DNA from: Alphaproteobacteria bacterium
Lineage (GTDB): Bacteria > Pseudomonadota > Alphaproteobacteria > GCA-2731375
Assembly (NCBI GenBank): GCA_040223615.1
Contig: JAVKFY010000053.1
Coordinates: 395-64,394 of the forward strand
Length of the DNA stretch: 64,000 nucleotides
Reading direction: 5' to 3'
The translations under genes and the position numbers were made by a program. The notes under the pieces were generated by a model. The model saw only the letters and a program-made list of their open reading frames with translations, had not been told where the DNA came from and did no database searches. Positions 38,887 through 47,752 of this stretch are shown here, piece after piece. Numbering within the stretch: position 1 is the stretch's first letter; every line of letters starts with the position of its first letter.

Positions 38887-40508
38887 AGCAAGTTCTCGAA
38901 TTGAGCAATGATACTGGCCACGTTCACGCGCGGTTCCAGCAGGACAAGTGCCCCATAGATCGCCACCAGGACGGCGCAAACCGAGGCGAATCCGCCGATC
39001 TCGGCCAGCCGTAGCCGGGATCGGCCACTTTGGACGATTTTCGACACCGCCCCCAGAACTGGCAATCCGAACGACTGACGCAGGTTATTGGTTGCGACGA
39101 ACGACGTATCGAGCTGCATCAACAGGAAGATGAAACCGCCACCGACGCCAAGGCCGGCCGCCAGCACCATCGACAGCATCAGGGGCCGGTTCGGCGCCGT
39201 CGGCAGGGTCGGCAGCTTCGGCGGATCGACGATGCGGAACTGGATATCGGTCTCCGCGTCCACCGCCTGGGCGATCTTCGCCGACTCGCGCCGCGACAGC
39301 AGTTGCTCGTAGTTGCGCTTGATGATCGAGTAGTCGCGGTTCAGGTTGGACATCGCGGCTTCGATCTGCGGCGCCTGCGCCGCCATCGATTCCAGCTCGA
39401 CCAGCTGTTCCTTGATCTTGCCGACCCGGCGCTCGGACTTCGCGACATTCGACTCGGCGTCGACAAGGCGCAACTTGACGTGCTCGTAGAGGGCGTTCGG
39501 GATGCGCTGCTTGCCGCCACCCGTCGTGGTGCTGCCACCGCCGCCACCGCTGGTGCCTTCCGCCGCGACCCGTTCTTTCTCGCTCTCCAGCTGTACCTGC
39601 AACGCCTCCAGCGTGCGCCGCGAGGCGATCACGTCGGGATGCTGATCGGTGTATTTCAGCAGCATCGAGTCCAGGTTGCTCTGCAGGTTGCCGATGCGGC
39701 TCTGCAGGCTGGAGATCGCCGGATCGATCTGTCGCGAATTGTTGTTCAGCACGACCTGGGGTGCCACGTCGACTTCGAGATACTGCGGCACGGTCTCAAG
39801 CTGCGTGCGCAGCTGGTCGCGTGTCAGGATCGCCTCTTCCATCAGCGAGCGGGCATCGCGCAGTTCGCGCTGCATGTCTTCGGCCTTGGCGACGTAGCTG
39901 CCTTCGCGCGACAGCAGCTTGCCATTCTCCGCCCGGAAATCGGCGAGACGCTTTTCCGCCTCCTGCAGTTGGCGCTCGTAGTCCAGCACCTGGCCTTCCA
40001 GGAAAGCGCGCGCCGACTCCATCTCCTGCCGGTTCTCGCCGACATTGTTCTCCACGAAGATGGTCAGCAACGACTGCACCACGCGCTGCGCCACTTTCGG
40101 ATCGGTATGGCTGTAGCTGATCGTGAACAGGTTCGGGCCGGATGCCTTGACATTGATCCCTGCCAGCGTGCTGGCGATCAGCCGATCCATCTCGCGTTCC
40201 GACGCGATGCCGAGGTCGAGATCCGCCATCCGGATGACCTGCGCCACGTTCGGCCCGCTGAGCAGGGTCTGATTGATCACCCGAACCTGGTCGCGGATGT
40301 TCGGGTTGACCGCAATGCCCTTCAGCAATGGCGTCAGCAGCGTCTCGGTATCGACGTAGATGCGGGTCGACGCGTCGTATTTGTCCGGCATTGCCGCGAC
40401 GGCGAACCAGCCGCCCAAGCAGACCAGCCACGCCATTGCGATCCCAAGCCAGCGGCGGCGCCATAACCCGCGCAGCCACACAGAAATCAAGGATTTTGTG
40501 TCTTCCAT
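38883..40508 (-). CDS. Polysaccharide chain-length determinant protein (Wzz/PCP, exosortase-locus type)
   Basis: An N-terminal TM segment, a long periplasmic coiled-coil with a Gly-rich insert (GGGGGSTTTGGG), and a C-terminal TM segment. Confidence 0.75.
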   Translation of the reverse strand: MEDTKSLISVWLRGLWRRRWLGIAMAWLVCLGGWFAVAAMPDKYDASTRIYVDTETLLTPLLKGIAVNPNIRDQVRVINQTLLSGPNVAQVIRMADLDLGIASEREMDRLIASTLAGINVKASGPNLFTISYSHTDPKVAQRVVQSLLTIFVENNVGENRQEMESARAFLEGQVLDYERQLQEAEKRLADFRAENGKLLSREGSYVAKAEDMQRELRDARSLMEEAILTRDQLRTQLETVPQYLEVDVAPQVVLNNNSRQIDPAISSLQSRIGNLQSNLDSMLLKYTDQHPDVIASRRTLEALQVQLESEKERVAAEGTSGGGGGSTTTGGGKQRIPNALYEHVKLRLVDAESNVAKSERRVGKIKEQLVELESMAAQAPQIEAAMSNLNRDYSIIKRNYEQLLSRRESAKIAQAVDAETDIQFRIVDPPKLPTLPTAPNRPLMLSMVLAAGLGVGGGFIFLLMQLDTSFVATNNLRQSFGLPVLGAVSKIVQSGRSRLRLAEIGGFASVCAVLVAIYGALVLLEPRVNVASIIAQFENLL

Positions 40509-40656
40509 CGGACGATCCCGGGTCAATGCCCTTTAGCTAGGTCGCGGCTCAGCCGCGACGGCCCTCGACACGGTCCCTGGCGGAACCGCTCGCGACCCAT
40601 TACGGCACAACTTTCACCGACGCCGCGGTCGCGACGGGAGTTCTGCAAGAAGCGTG

Positions 40657-41277
40657 CTAGAACCAGCTTTGCGGGATGATCAACACGTCGCCGGGCAGCA
40701 TTTCCACGTTTGCCGCCACATCGCCGTCCTTCACCAGGTCGTCGAGACGCACCCGATAGCTCTTCTCGCTGCCATCAACCTGCCGCACGATCACCGCGTC
40801 GTTGCCGGCGGCGAATTCGGTAAGCCCGCCGACCGCGATCATCACGTCGAGAATCGACATGTTTTCCCGATATGGGATGCCCTGCGGCCGTGCCGCCTCG
40901 CCGACCACGCGAATTTGCTGGTCGAACGGACCCTGGAAGCCCGTCACCAGAACGCTGACGATCGGATCCTGGATGAACTTGGCCAGTTCCACTTCCAGGT
41001 CGCGCGCCAATTCGGTCGGCGTCTTGCCGGCGACCGGGACGTCGTCGATCAGCGGCACCGTCAGGCGGCCGTCGGGCCGCACCGGCAACGTCACCGACAG
41101 TTCCGGGTTGCGCCAGACGAAAATGTTCAGATTGTCGCCGGGGCCAATTCGATAGGCCGGGGTCGGAAAGTCGCCGGCGTCGGCCGGTGCCAGATCACGC
41201 TGCGCGCAGCCGGCCAAGACCAGCATGCCGATCGCCGCAATGCCCACCAGCAGTCCGTGGAGTCGCTTCGCCATCAC
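40657..41277 (-). CDS. Polysaccharide export outer-membrane lipoprotein (Wza-like, exosortase-locus type)
   Basis: Lipobox LVLAGC. YRIGPGDNLNIFVW is the Poly_export PES motif. Length 206 aa. Confidence 0.8.
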   Translation of the reverse strand: MMAKRLHGLLVGIAAIGMLVLAGCAQRDLAPADAGDFPTPAYRIGPGDNLNIFVWRNPELSVTLPVRPDGRLTVPLIDDVPVAGKTPTELARDLEVELAKFIQDPIVSVLVTGFQGPFDQQIRVVGEAARPQGIPYRENMSILDVMIAVGGLTEFAAGNDAVIVRQVDGSEKSYRVRLDDLVKDGDVAANVEMLPGDVLIIPQSWF

Positions 41278-41376
41278 CGGATTCCTATCGCCCGTCGGAT
41301 GTCGTATTCATCTGCTCTACTCATTATCAGTGCCCGTGAGTCAAATCAACCATGCACCCCAGAGCTTAACCCGGTC
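41278..41376 (-). promoter_or_regulatory. AT-rich putative promoter/leader for the xrtA-locus operon (export gene first)
   Basis: A ~100-nt comparatively AT-rich tract lies upstream of the first gene of a long co-directional gene string (40657 down to 29452). Confidence 0.3.
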
Positions 41377-42492
41377 CTAATCGATCATGCCTTTACTTGG
41401 CGACAAACTGCCGCGCAGGTGGTCGGAAAGCGGGCGGCGCAGCTCGATCCAGTTCAGCCGGCCGCTTGGCCTGGCCCCGAGATCGGTCTTGTAGCGCTGC
41501 GCTCCAGCCATGAAATCATAGTGCTGCCGGCCCGCCTTGGCGTGCGCCTCGATGCACAGGTGATGGCTCACCAGGCCAGGGCGGGCACGGTTGTCATCGA
41601 AGTATCGCAGGCCGCTTTGATAGAAATAGACCCGGTCGCCATAAATAAAGTTGTAAAGATACCCGATGTCTTCGTCGCCGGCCGCGACCCGGACCAGTTC
41701 AACATGACCCTTGTCGAAATTCTCTTCGATCAGCCGACGATGAAAGGTCTCGAAGAAGGGTTCGGCGAACGCGCCGGCGCGGCCGCGTCGGCGCCACGAG
41801 GCCTGGTGCAGCACCTTCAGCCGGGCCATGTAGGCCAGCGCCTCGTCGACGCTCCCCGCCACCGTCAACGCCGGCGGGCGAGCGTAGAAGCGCAGCGAGC
41901 GCCGGATGTGCTGGCGCACGTTGCGGCTCAACATCGCCAGGTGCCGGTTCGGCGCGTCGAGGTCGGTCAGCGCCAGGCTGAAAACCTCTTTCGAGTCGCG
42001 TTCATATACCCGCCAGCCGAGCGACCGGGCCAGGTCGGCATAGACCGACGGCACCCCGCCCAGCAGGAACCGGTCCAGCCACGGCCGCGCCCGCGCCTGC
42101 AGAAAGCTCAACGTCGCTCGGCGGATCGCATCGTCATGGCCATGCATGGCCAGCACGCCATTATATTCGATGTAGACGCGGTCATAGCGCTCGTCGCCGA
42201 GTTCGCTCAGTGCCAGCCGGCGCTGCCACGGCAGTGCCACCGGCCCCTCGAACCAGGCCGCGAGACCGACCAGCCGCTCGCCGTCGCGCACCGACATCAC
42301 CTGCGGCGTGCGTCCGGTGGCGCGCGCCAGGCAGCCGATCCAGCTCCACGACTGGAAGAACGAATGCGGACAGTCGCGCTGCAACGTCCGCCACGCCGCA
42401 CCCAACGCCTCCAGGTCCGGCTGCGGCGCCAGGTGCGCCGTCAGTCGTCCGATCGCGGCGCCGGCCTGCGGCTCGGCTGACCCGGAATGCAT
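41377..42492 (-). CDS. CelD/FemAB-like GNAT acyltransferase (Acetyltransf_6 family)
   Basis: ...PHSFFQSWSWIGCL... N-terminus and ...IGYLYNFIYGDRVYFYQSG... core match the CelD-like family. Length 371 aa. Confidence 0.65.
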   Translation of the reverse strand: MHSGSAEPQAGAAIGRLTAHLAPQPDLEALGAAWRTLQRDCPHSFFQSWSWIGCLARATGRTPQVMSVRDGERLVGLAAWFEGPVALPWQRRLALSELGDERYDRVYIEYNGVLAMHGHDDAIRRATLSFLQARARPWLDRFLLGGVPSVYADLARSLGWRVYERDSKEVFSLALTDLDAPNRHLAMLSRNVRQHIRRSLRFYARPPALTVAGSVDEALAYMARLKVLHQASWRRRGRAGAFAEPFFETFHRRLIEENFDKGHVELVRVAAGDEDIGYLYNFIYGDRVYFYQSGLRYFDDNRARPGLVSHHLCIEAHAKAGRQHYDFMAGAQRYKTDLGARPSGRLNWIELRRPLSDHLRGSLSPSKGMID

Positions 42493-43584
42493 GTCGCCGC
42501 GTACCCGTCGCTAGATGCGCTGCCGGCCGGCTTCCAGGCCCTGCTGGAGGCAAGCGGCGCCAGGGACTTTCAGAATGGCCGCGCCTGGTACGCGAATTTC
42601 ATGGCGACTTGCCTCGATCCGGGCGACCGACCGGTTCTGGTTGCGGTGACGGGCGATGACGGTGCTCCCCTTGTTCTTTTGCCGTTGCGCCATTTGGGAC
42701 ACAAGCAGCATGCCAGCATCGGGCGGGAGTTGGCGAGCCTCGCCAACTTCTACACCTGCACGTTCCGCCCGGCCATGGCGCCGATGCCGCCGGCCGAACA
42801 GGCCCGCGCCGTGGCCGCCGCGTTGACCGGTGTCCGCGACCGGTTCGACGTGGTGGACCTGAATACGCTGCCGGCCGACGAACCGCTGTATCAGGCGCTG
42901 CCGACGGCGCTGGCGGACGCAGGCATGTGGCACCAGGCCTATGAACATTTCGGTAACTGGTACGAAGCCATGCCGGCGGAGCCTGACGCCTACCTGGCGG
43001 CGCGGCCGTCGAGCCTGCGCAACACCGTGACCCGCAAGGGCCGGCGCCTGGCGCGCGATGGCAATGCCCGATTCGAGATTGCCCGCGACCGGGCGGCGCT
43101 TGCACCGGCGCTCGCCGCCTATCAGCGGATCTACGCCGCGAGCTGGAAGGAGCCGGAGCCCTACCCCGACTTCACCGCCGGGCTGGCGCACGCCGCCGCC
43201 GATGCCGGCGCGCTGCGGCTTGGCCTGTGCTGGATCGACGACCAGCCGGCCGCCGCCCAGCTCTGGCTGACCCAGGACGGCCGCGCGACGATCTTCAAGC
43301 TGGCCTACGACGAGCGTTTCAAGGCGGCCTCGGCCGGCTCGCTGCTGACCTGGCACATGGTGCGGGCAGCGATTGTCGACGACGGCGTCACCGAGATCGA
43401 CTACGGCCGCGGCGACCACGCCTACAAGCGCGACTGGCTCGACCAGCGCCGCGCCCGCGGCGGCCTGCTGGTGTTCAACCCTTCGACCCCGGCCGGCTGG
43501 CTATCGGCCGCGCGCCACCTCGGCGGCGTCTGGCTGCGTCGCCGGCTGCGCGGCGCCCGGGCCGACACCCCGGCCAACGATTGA
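42487..43584 (+). CDS. CelD/FemAB-like GNAT acyltransferase (Acetyltransf_6 family), divergent paralog
   Basis: ...AAAQLWLTQDGRATIFKLAYDERFKAASAGSLLTWHMVRAAI... is a CelD-like core. Its start codon is back-to-back with that of the neighbouring gene (ATGCAT). Confidence 0.65.
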   Translation: MHVAAYPSLDALPAGFQALLEASGARDFQNGRAWYANFMATCLDPGDRPVLVAVTGDDGAPLVLLPLRHLGHKQHASIGRELASLANFYTCTFRPAMAPMPPAEQARAVAAALTGVRDRFDVVDLNTLPADEPLYQALPTALADAGMWHQAYEHFGNWYEAMPAEPDAYLAARPSSLRNTVTRKGRRLARDGNARFEIARDRAALAPALAAYQRIYAASWKEPEPYPDFTAGLAHAAADAGALRLGLCWIDDQPAAAQLWLTQDGRATIFKLAYDERFKAASAGSLLTWHMVRAAIVDDGVTEIDYGRGDHAYKRDWLDQRRARGGLLVFNPSTPAGWLSAARHLGGVWLRRRLRGARADTPAND

Positions 43585-43616
43585 CGGGTTTCCATCGCGC
43601 CGACAATCGGGCATCT

Positions 43617-44447
43617 ATGCGCACCGCTGTACCGGGAGCTTCGATGCGCGTTTCCGCCGTCATCCTGTCGTTCAACTCCGCCGGCTATCTTGAGAGCTGC
43701 CTGAACGCGCTGATCGCCGCGCTCGGCGACCACGATGACGCGGACGAGATCGTTGTCGTCGAGAATGGCTCGAGCGACAGCAGCGCCGACATCCTGCGCC
43801 GCTTCGAGGCCGACCATCCCGGACTGGTGCACGGCATCTACAATGACGAGAATCTCGGCACCACGGTCTCGCGCAACCAGGCGCTGCGCCGTGCCACCGG
43901 GCGCTACGTGCTGATCCTGGACTCCGATGCGACGGTGGCGCCGGACATGCTGGAACCGTTGATGGCCCGGCTCGACGCCGATTCCACCATCGGCCTGGTG
44001 GCCCCGAAGCTGACCTATCCGGACGGCCGGTTGCAGATGTCGACCGACGTGTTCCCGACGCTGACCCGCAAGGTGCAGCGCTTCTTCGCGCTGAAGGCGA
44101 TGGAGAACGCCGCCGACGCCGCGCCGGTCGAGGCGGTCGAGGTCGACTACGCGATCTCCGCCTTCTGGCTGCTGCCGCGCGCGGCGGTGGACAGGGTCGG
44201 CCTGTTCGACGAGGCGATCTTCTACTCGCCCGAGGACGTCGACTATTGCTTGCGCATCTGGGCCGCTGGCTTCCGTATCGTCTATGACCCGACCGTCTCC
44301 GCGGTGCACGACGCCCAGGAACTGTCGCGCGGCGCCAAGCTGTCGTCTTTCGCGCTGCGCCACATCGGCGGCCTGTTCTACCTGTTCCGCAAGCACCGCT
44401 ACATGTTCTCGCGGCGCGGCCTGTACCGCCGCTTCGGGCGGCGCTAG
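43617..44447 (+). CDS. Glycosyltransferase family 2
   Basis: VSAVILSFNSAGYLESCLNAL...IVVVENGSSDSS...LILDSDATV carries the DxD motif. The ATG at 43644 is an alternative start. Confidence 0.8.
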   Translation: MRTAVPGASMRVSAVILSFNSAGYLESCLNALIAALGDHDDADEIVVVENGSSDSSADILRRFEADHPGLVHGIYNDENLGTTVSRNQALRRATGRYVLILDSDATVAPDMLEPLMARLDADSTIGLVAPKLTYPDGRLQMSTDVFPTLTRKVQRFFALKAMENAADAAPVEAVEVDYAISAFWLLPRAAVDRVGLFDEAIFYSPEDVDYCLRIWAAGFRIVYDPTVSAVHDAQELSRGAKLSSFALRHIGGLFYLFRKHRYMFSRRGLYRRFGRR

Positions 44448-44469
44448 GCCGCTTCGCTTTCTGCCACGC

Positions 44470-46419
44470 TCAGAGGTTCTCGATCTCGACCGGGTCGATG
44501 TCGCCGGCCGGCTCGAAACCGAAGATCCGGCCGTAGAAGAACAACTCGCCTTCCAGCGCGCGCTTGATGTTCTCCGCGCGGCGGAAGCCATGGCCCTCGC
44601 CCTCGAACGGCACGTAGGCCACCGGCAGGCCCTTGGCGCGCAACGCCGCCACCATTGCCTCGGCCTGGTTCGGCGGCACCACCTTGTCGTCCAGCCCCTG
44701 GAAAAAGATCACCGGACAGTTGAGCTGGTCGGTGAAGTGGATCGGCGAGCGCTCGCGATAGACCGGCTCGGCCGCCGGCAGCGGTCCGACCAGGCGGTCG
44801 AGATAGCGGCTTTCGAACTTGTGCGTGTCGCGCGCCAGCGCCATCAGGTCGCCGATGCCGTAGTGGCTGGCGCCGGCCTGGAACACGTCGTGGAAGGTCA
44901 GCGCCGCCAGCGTGGTGAAGCCGCCGGCGCTGCCGCCGCGGATCGCCAGGCGGTCGGCGTCGACCAGGTCGGCCTCCACCAGGTGGCGCGCGGCGGCGAT
45001 GCAGTCGAGCACGTCGACCACGCCCCACCGGTTGTCAAGTCGCTGGCGATAGGCGCGCCCGAAACCGGTTGAGCCGCCATAGTTCACGTCGACCACGGCG
45101 AAGCCCCGGCTGGTCCAGTACTGGATCGCCAGCGACAGACCGGAGCCGGCCGCCGCGGTCGGCCCGCCATGGCTGCGCACGATCAGCGGCGGCAGCTCGC
45201 CGACCGGCGCCCGGTAGTCGCGGTTCGCCGGTGCGTAGAAAAAGGCATGCGCGGTGCGGCCGTCCTCGGTCGGAAACTCGACCGGCATCGCCACCGAGAT
45301 GTAGTCGGGATCGATCAACGTTTCCGACGCGGCGCGCACCACGTCGATCTCGCGCCCGTCCATCGCCAGCAACGCCAGCCGCGACTGTCGCCGCGTGGTG
45401 GCGCCGATCAGCGCCCAGCCGTCCTCGTAGCGATACGGCACGCTGGCCTCCGCGAAGCCGGACTCGAATGGCACCAGCGTGCCGTCGACCACCAGTTGCA
45501 GGCTCGGCAGCCCGTCGCGCACCATCGTCGCCACCAGCCGGTTCGGCGCCAGCACGCGATAGCTGCGCATGCCGAGCTGCCAGAGCGGAAAGCCGAACTC
45601 GGCCTCGGTCGGGCACACCGGCTCTACCCGGCCGTCGCGCCAGCAGTAGAGATTCGACCAGCCGGACCGGTCGGAGATGAAAAACAGGCTGCCGTCGCTG
45701 GCCCACTCCGGCTGCAGCACCGACTCGGCTGCGCCGCCGGCGATCCGGTGCGCAGTGCCGATAACGCCGTCCTCGTCCACCTCGGCAAGCCAAAGCTCGC
45801 TGCCGTCCCACGGCATGTTGGGGTGGTCCCAGGTGATCCAGGCCAGGTGGCGGCCGTCCGGCGACAGCGTCGGGTAGGCGAAGAAGTCGTGGCCCTCGGC
45901 GATCACCGCGCCGTCCTGGTCGCTGCCGTCCAGTGCCAGCGCGACCAACGCATTGCTCGGCTCGCCCGCTCTGCGATGGTCCTCGCGGATCGCATAGACG
46001 CGGCCGCGCGGCAGATCGAAATCGAGATCGGCGAAGCGCAACGCCGCCGCGACGGTCAGCGGCCGGACTGCCTTTCCGGGCTCTATCAGATGGACTCGTT
46101 GATCGGCGAAGTCGACATAGCAGACCCTGCCATCGGCGGCGGCCGCATAGGCACCGCCGCCATATTCGTGCACCCGGCTGCGCACGTTCGCCGGCGCTGG
46201 CGTCAGCTCGACGATGTCGCCGCCGGCCGGGCGGCACATCAGGGTCGTGCGCCCGCCCTCTGTCGGCCGCGATTCCAGCCAGTAGAGCTGCTCGCCGAGC
46301 ACGGTCAGCCCGCCCAGCCCGATCGTGCCGGCGACGATCAGGTCGCTGGTGATCGGCGAGGCCCAGGTGCCGAACCGCGCCTCGCTCGCGTCCGGTCGCG
46401 CGGAGGTGTCGTTATTCAA
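44470..46419 (-). CDS. S9-family serine peptidase (prolyl oligopeptidase/acylaminoacyl-peptidase-like) with N-terminal beta-propeller
   Basis: C-terminal ...RLAIRGGSAGGFTTLAAL... (GxSxGG) and ...FFQGLDDKVVP...GEGHGF (Asp/His of the triad). Confidence 0.8.
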   Translation of the reverse strand: MNNDTSARPDASEARFGTWASPITSDLIVAGTIGLGGLTVLGEQLYWLESRPTEGGRTTLMCRPAGGDIVELTPAPANVRSRVHEYGGGAYAAAADGRVCYVDFADQRVHLIEPGKAVRPLTVAAALRFADLDFDLPRGRVYAIREDHRRAGEPSNALVALALDGSDQDGAVIAEGHDFFAYPTLSPDGRHLAWITWDHPNMPWDGSELWLAEVDEDGVIGTAHRIAGGAAESVLQPEWASDGSLFFISDRSGWSNLYCWRDGRVEPVCPTEAEFGFPLWQLGMRSYRVLAPNRLVATMVRDGLPSLQLVVDGTLVPFESGFAEASVPYRYEDGWALIGATTRRQSRLALLAMDGREIDVVRAASETLIDPDYISVAMPVEFPTEDGRTAHAFFYAPANRDYRAPVGELPPLIVRSHGGPTAAAGSGLSLAIQYWTSRGFAVVDVNYGGSTGFGRAYRQRLDNRWGVVDVLDCIAAARHLVEADLVDADRLAIRGGSAGGFTTLAALTFHDVFQAGASHYGIGDLMALARDTHKFESRYLDRLVGPLPAAEPVYRERSPIHFTDQLNCPVIFFQGLDDKVVPPNQAEAMVAALRAKGLPVAYVPFEGEGHGFRRAENIKRALEGELFFYGRIFGFEPAGDIDPVEIENL

Positions 46420-46497
46420 CGCTGCTGCCCATTTTCCGGGGGCATTTGACCCCGTTGGACATTAACGCCTTCCTACCGGCCAGGACCAGACCCGGCC

Positions 46498-47715
46498 CTA
46501 ACCACCGGCCTGTGACAACCGATGGTACTGCGCCAGCGGCACCAGCAGCCGCCCGGCGAACAGCCGCATCGCCTTGTCCGAACTCTCCATCAACGGCGCG
46601 CGCAACGCCATCAGCACCTGGCCGGCGCTGGTCTCGCCCCAGAACCAGTCGGCCACCTGGCGCGCCGAGGCGCGCTGCTGGCCCGGCCGTGCGGTCGCCG
46701 CCTCCATGTAGAAGGCTTTCAGGTCGGTGCAGGCGAAGCGCAGTTCGTCCGCCGATGGCGCGCCCTCCGGTTCGCGCAACACTTCGGCCAACAGCCGCGC
46801 GCAATCCGCCGGCGCCCTGCCGCTCAGCCGCGCGGTCGAGCGCTGCCGGTCGCGTTGCGCCACCGCGTGCCACGGCAGCAATCGCTCGATCTCGGCCAGC
46901 AGCGCGGCTTCGGTGGCATCGCCCGGCGGCGTCGGCGGCGGCAGCGGGATCGGGCAGGCCCAGCCCTCGGCCGGCGCCGCGTCCGGCGCTTGATCGGGAA
47001 AATCCTCCAGAACCGGTCCCGACGGCGCCGCCAGCAGCGCCAGCGCGGCGCGGAGCACCCGGGTCTGGAACGCGGCGTCGTCCGGCGTGCCCAGCGGCCG
47101 GCCCAGATCGAATGGCACCCACAGCGCGCGCGGCGGCCGGATTTCCACCGAATGCTCGCGCACCAGGCTGACCTGCGTCGTTGCCAGTCCCTCGTCCTCG
47201 AATACGTGTGCCAGCCCGCCCACGGCGCGCGTGCAAAACGGTCAGACGGGGACCAGGAACACCGTGTTCACGCCATCGGCGCGCATCAGGCCGGCAAGCT
47301 CGCGCGCCGCCGGCGCCATCGCCTGCGGCGGCGTCGAGCCCATGAAGGCGTAGTGGTGGTTCGCCACCCCGGCAATCTCGCCCGCCGCCGCCAGTTCCTT
47401 CAGCCGGTCGAGCGGGAACACCACGTTCAGGTCCTGCTCGAAGCCGGTGCGGTCGAAGTTGGTGGAGATGTGGCTCATCACCAGGTCGCCCGGCGCATCG
47501 TCGGCGGCGATCACCCGATAGCCGGCCTCGCCGACGGCGAATGGCGGATCGTCGCGCCGCTGCAGCGCCGCCGTCGACACGATGGCGATGCGCGCCTCGC
47601 TCAGCGGCGGCGCTGTCGTCCACGGCGTCGTCGTGTAACCGGCGCAGTCCAGGTGCCGCAGATGGTCTGCGGCCTCCGGCGCCATGTCGGCAAGTCGGAC
47701 CATGTCGCGTCTCAT
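46498..47715 (-). CDS. Candidate selenoprotein, glycine/sarcosine/betaine/D-proline reductase selenoprotein-B (GrdB/PrdB) family, with in-frame TGA (Sec) at 47242-47244
   Basis: ORFs 47242..47715 and 46498..47223 are in the same frame. They are separated only by TGA plus 6 sense codons, and the track's GTG 'start' of the second ORF is in frame. The read-through product is ...VNTVFLVPV-U-PFCTRAVGGLAH..., a UxxC motif. The upstream part (VMSHISTNFDRTGFEQDLNVVFPLDRLKELAAAGEIAGVANHHYAFMG) resembles the PrdB/GrdB core as I recall it. A SECIS hairpin was not folded. Confidence 0.5.
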
Positions 47716-47752
47716 TATCGTTGTCGCTGGCGGCGCAGCTTAAGAGGCGCGG

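Noticed and set aside
46498-47715. Interpreting the in-frame TGA as a simple nonsense mutation (pseudogene), or as two independent adjacent genes.
   Set aside because: The TGA is immediately followed by x-x-Cys, forming UxxC. Coding character is intact on both sides with no decay. The downstream 'start' is a weak GTG only 21 nt after the stop. The selenoprotein reading is therefore favoured, though not proven without a SECIS or homology check.
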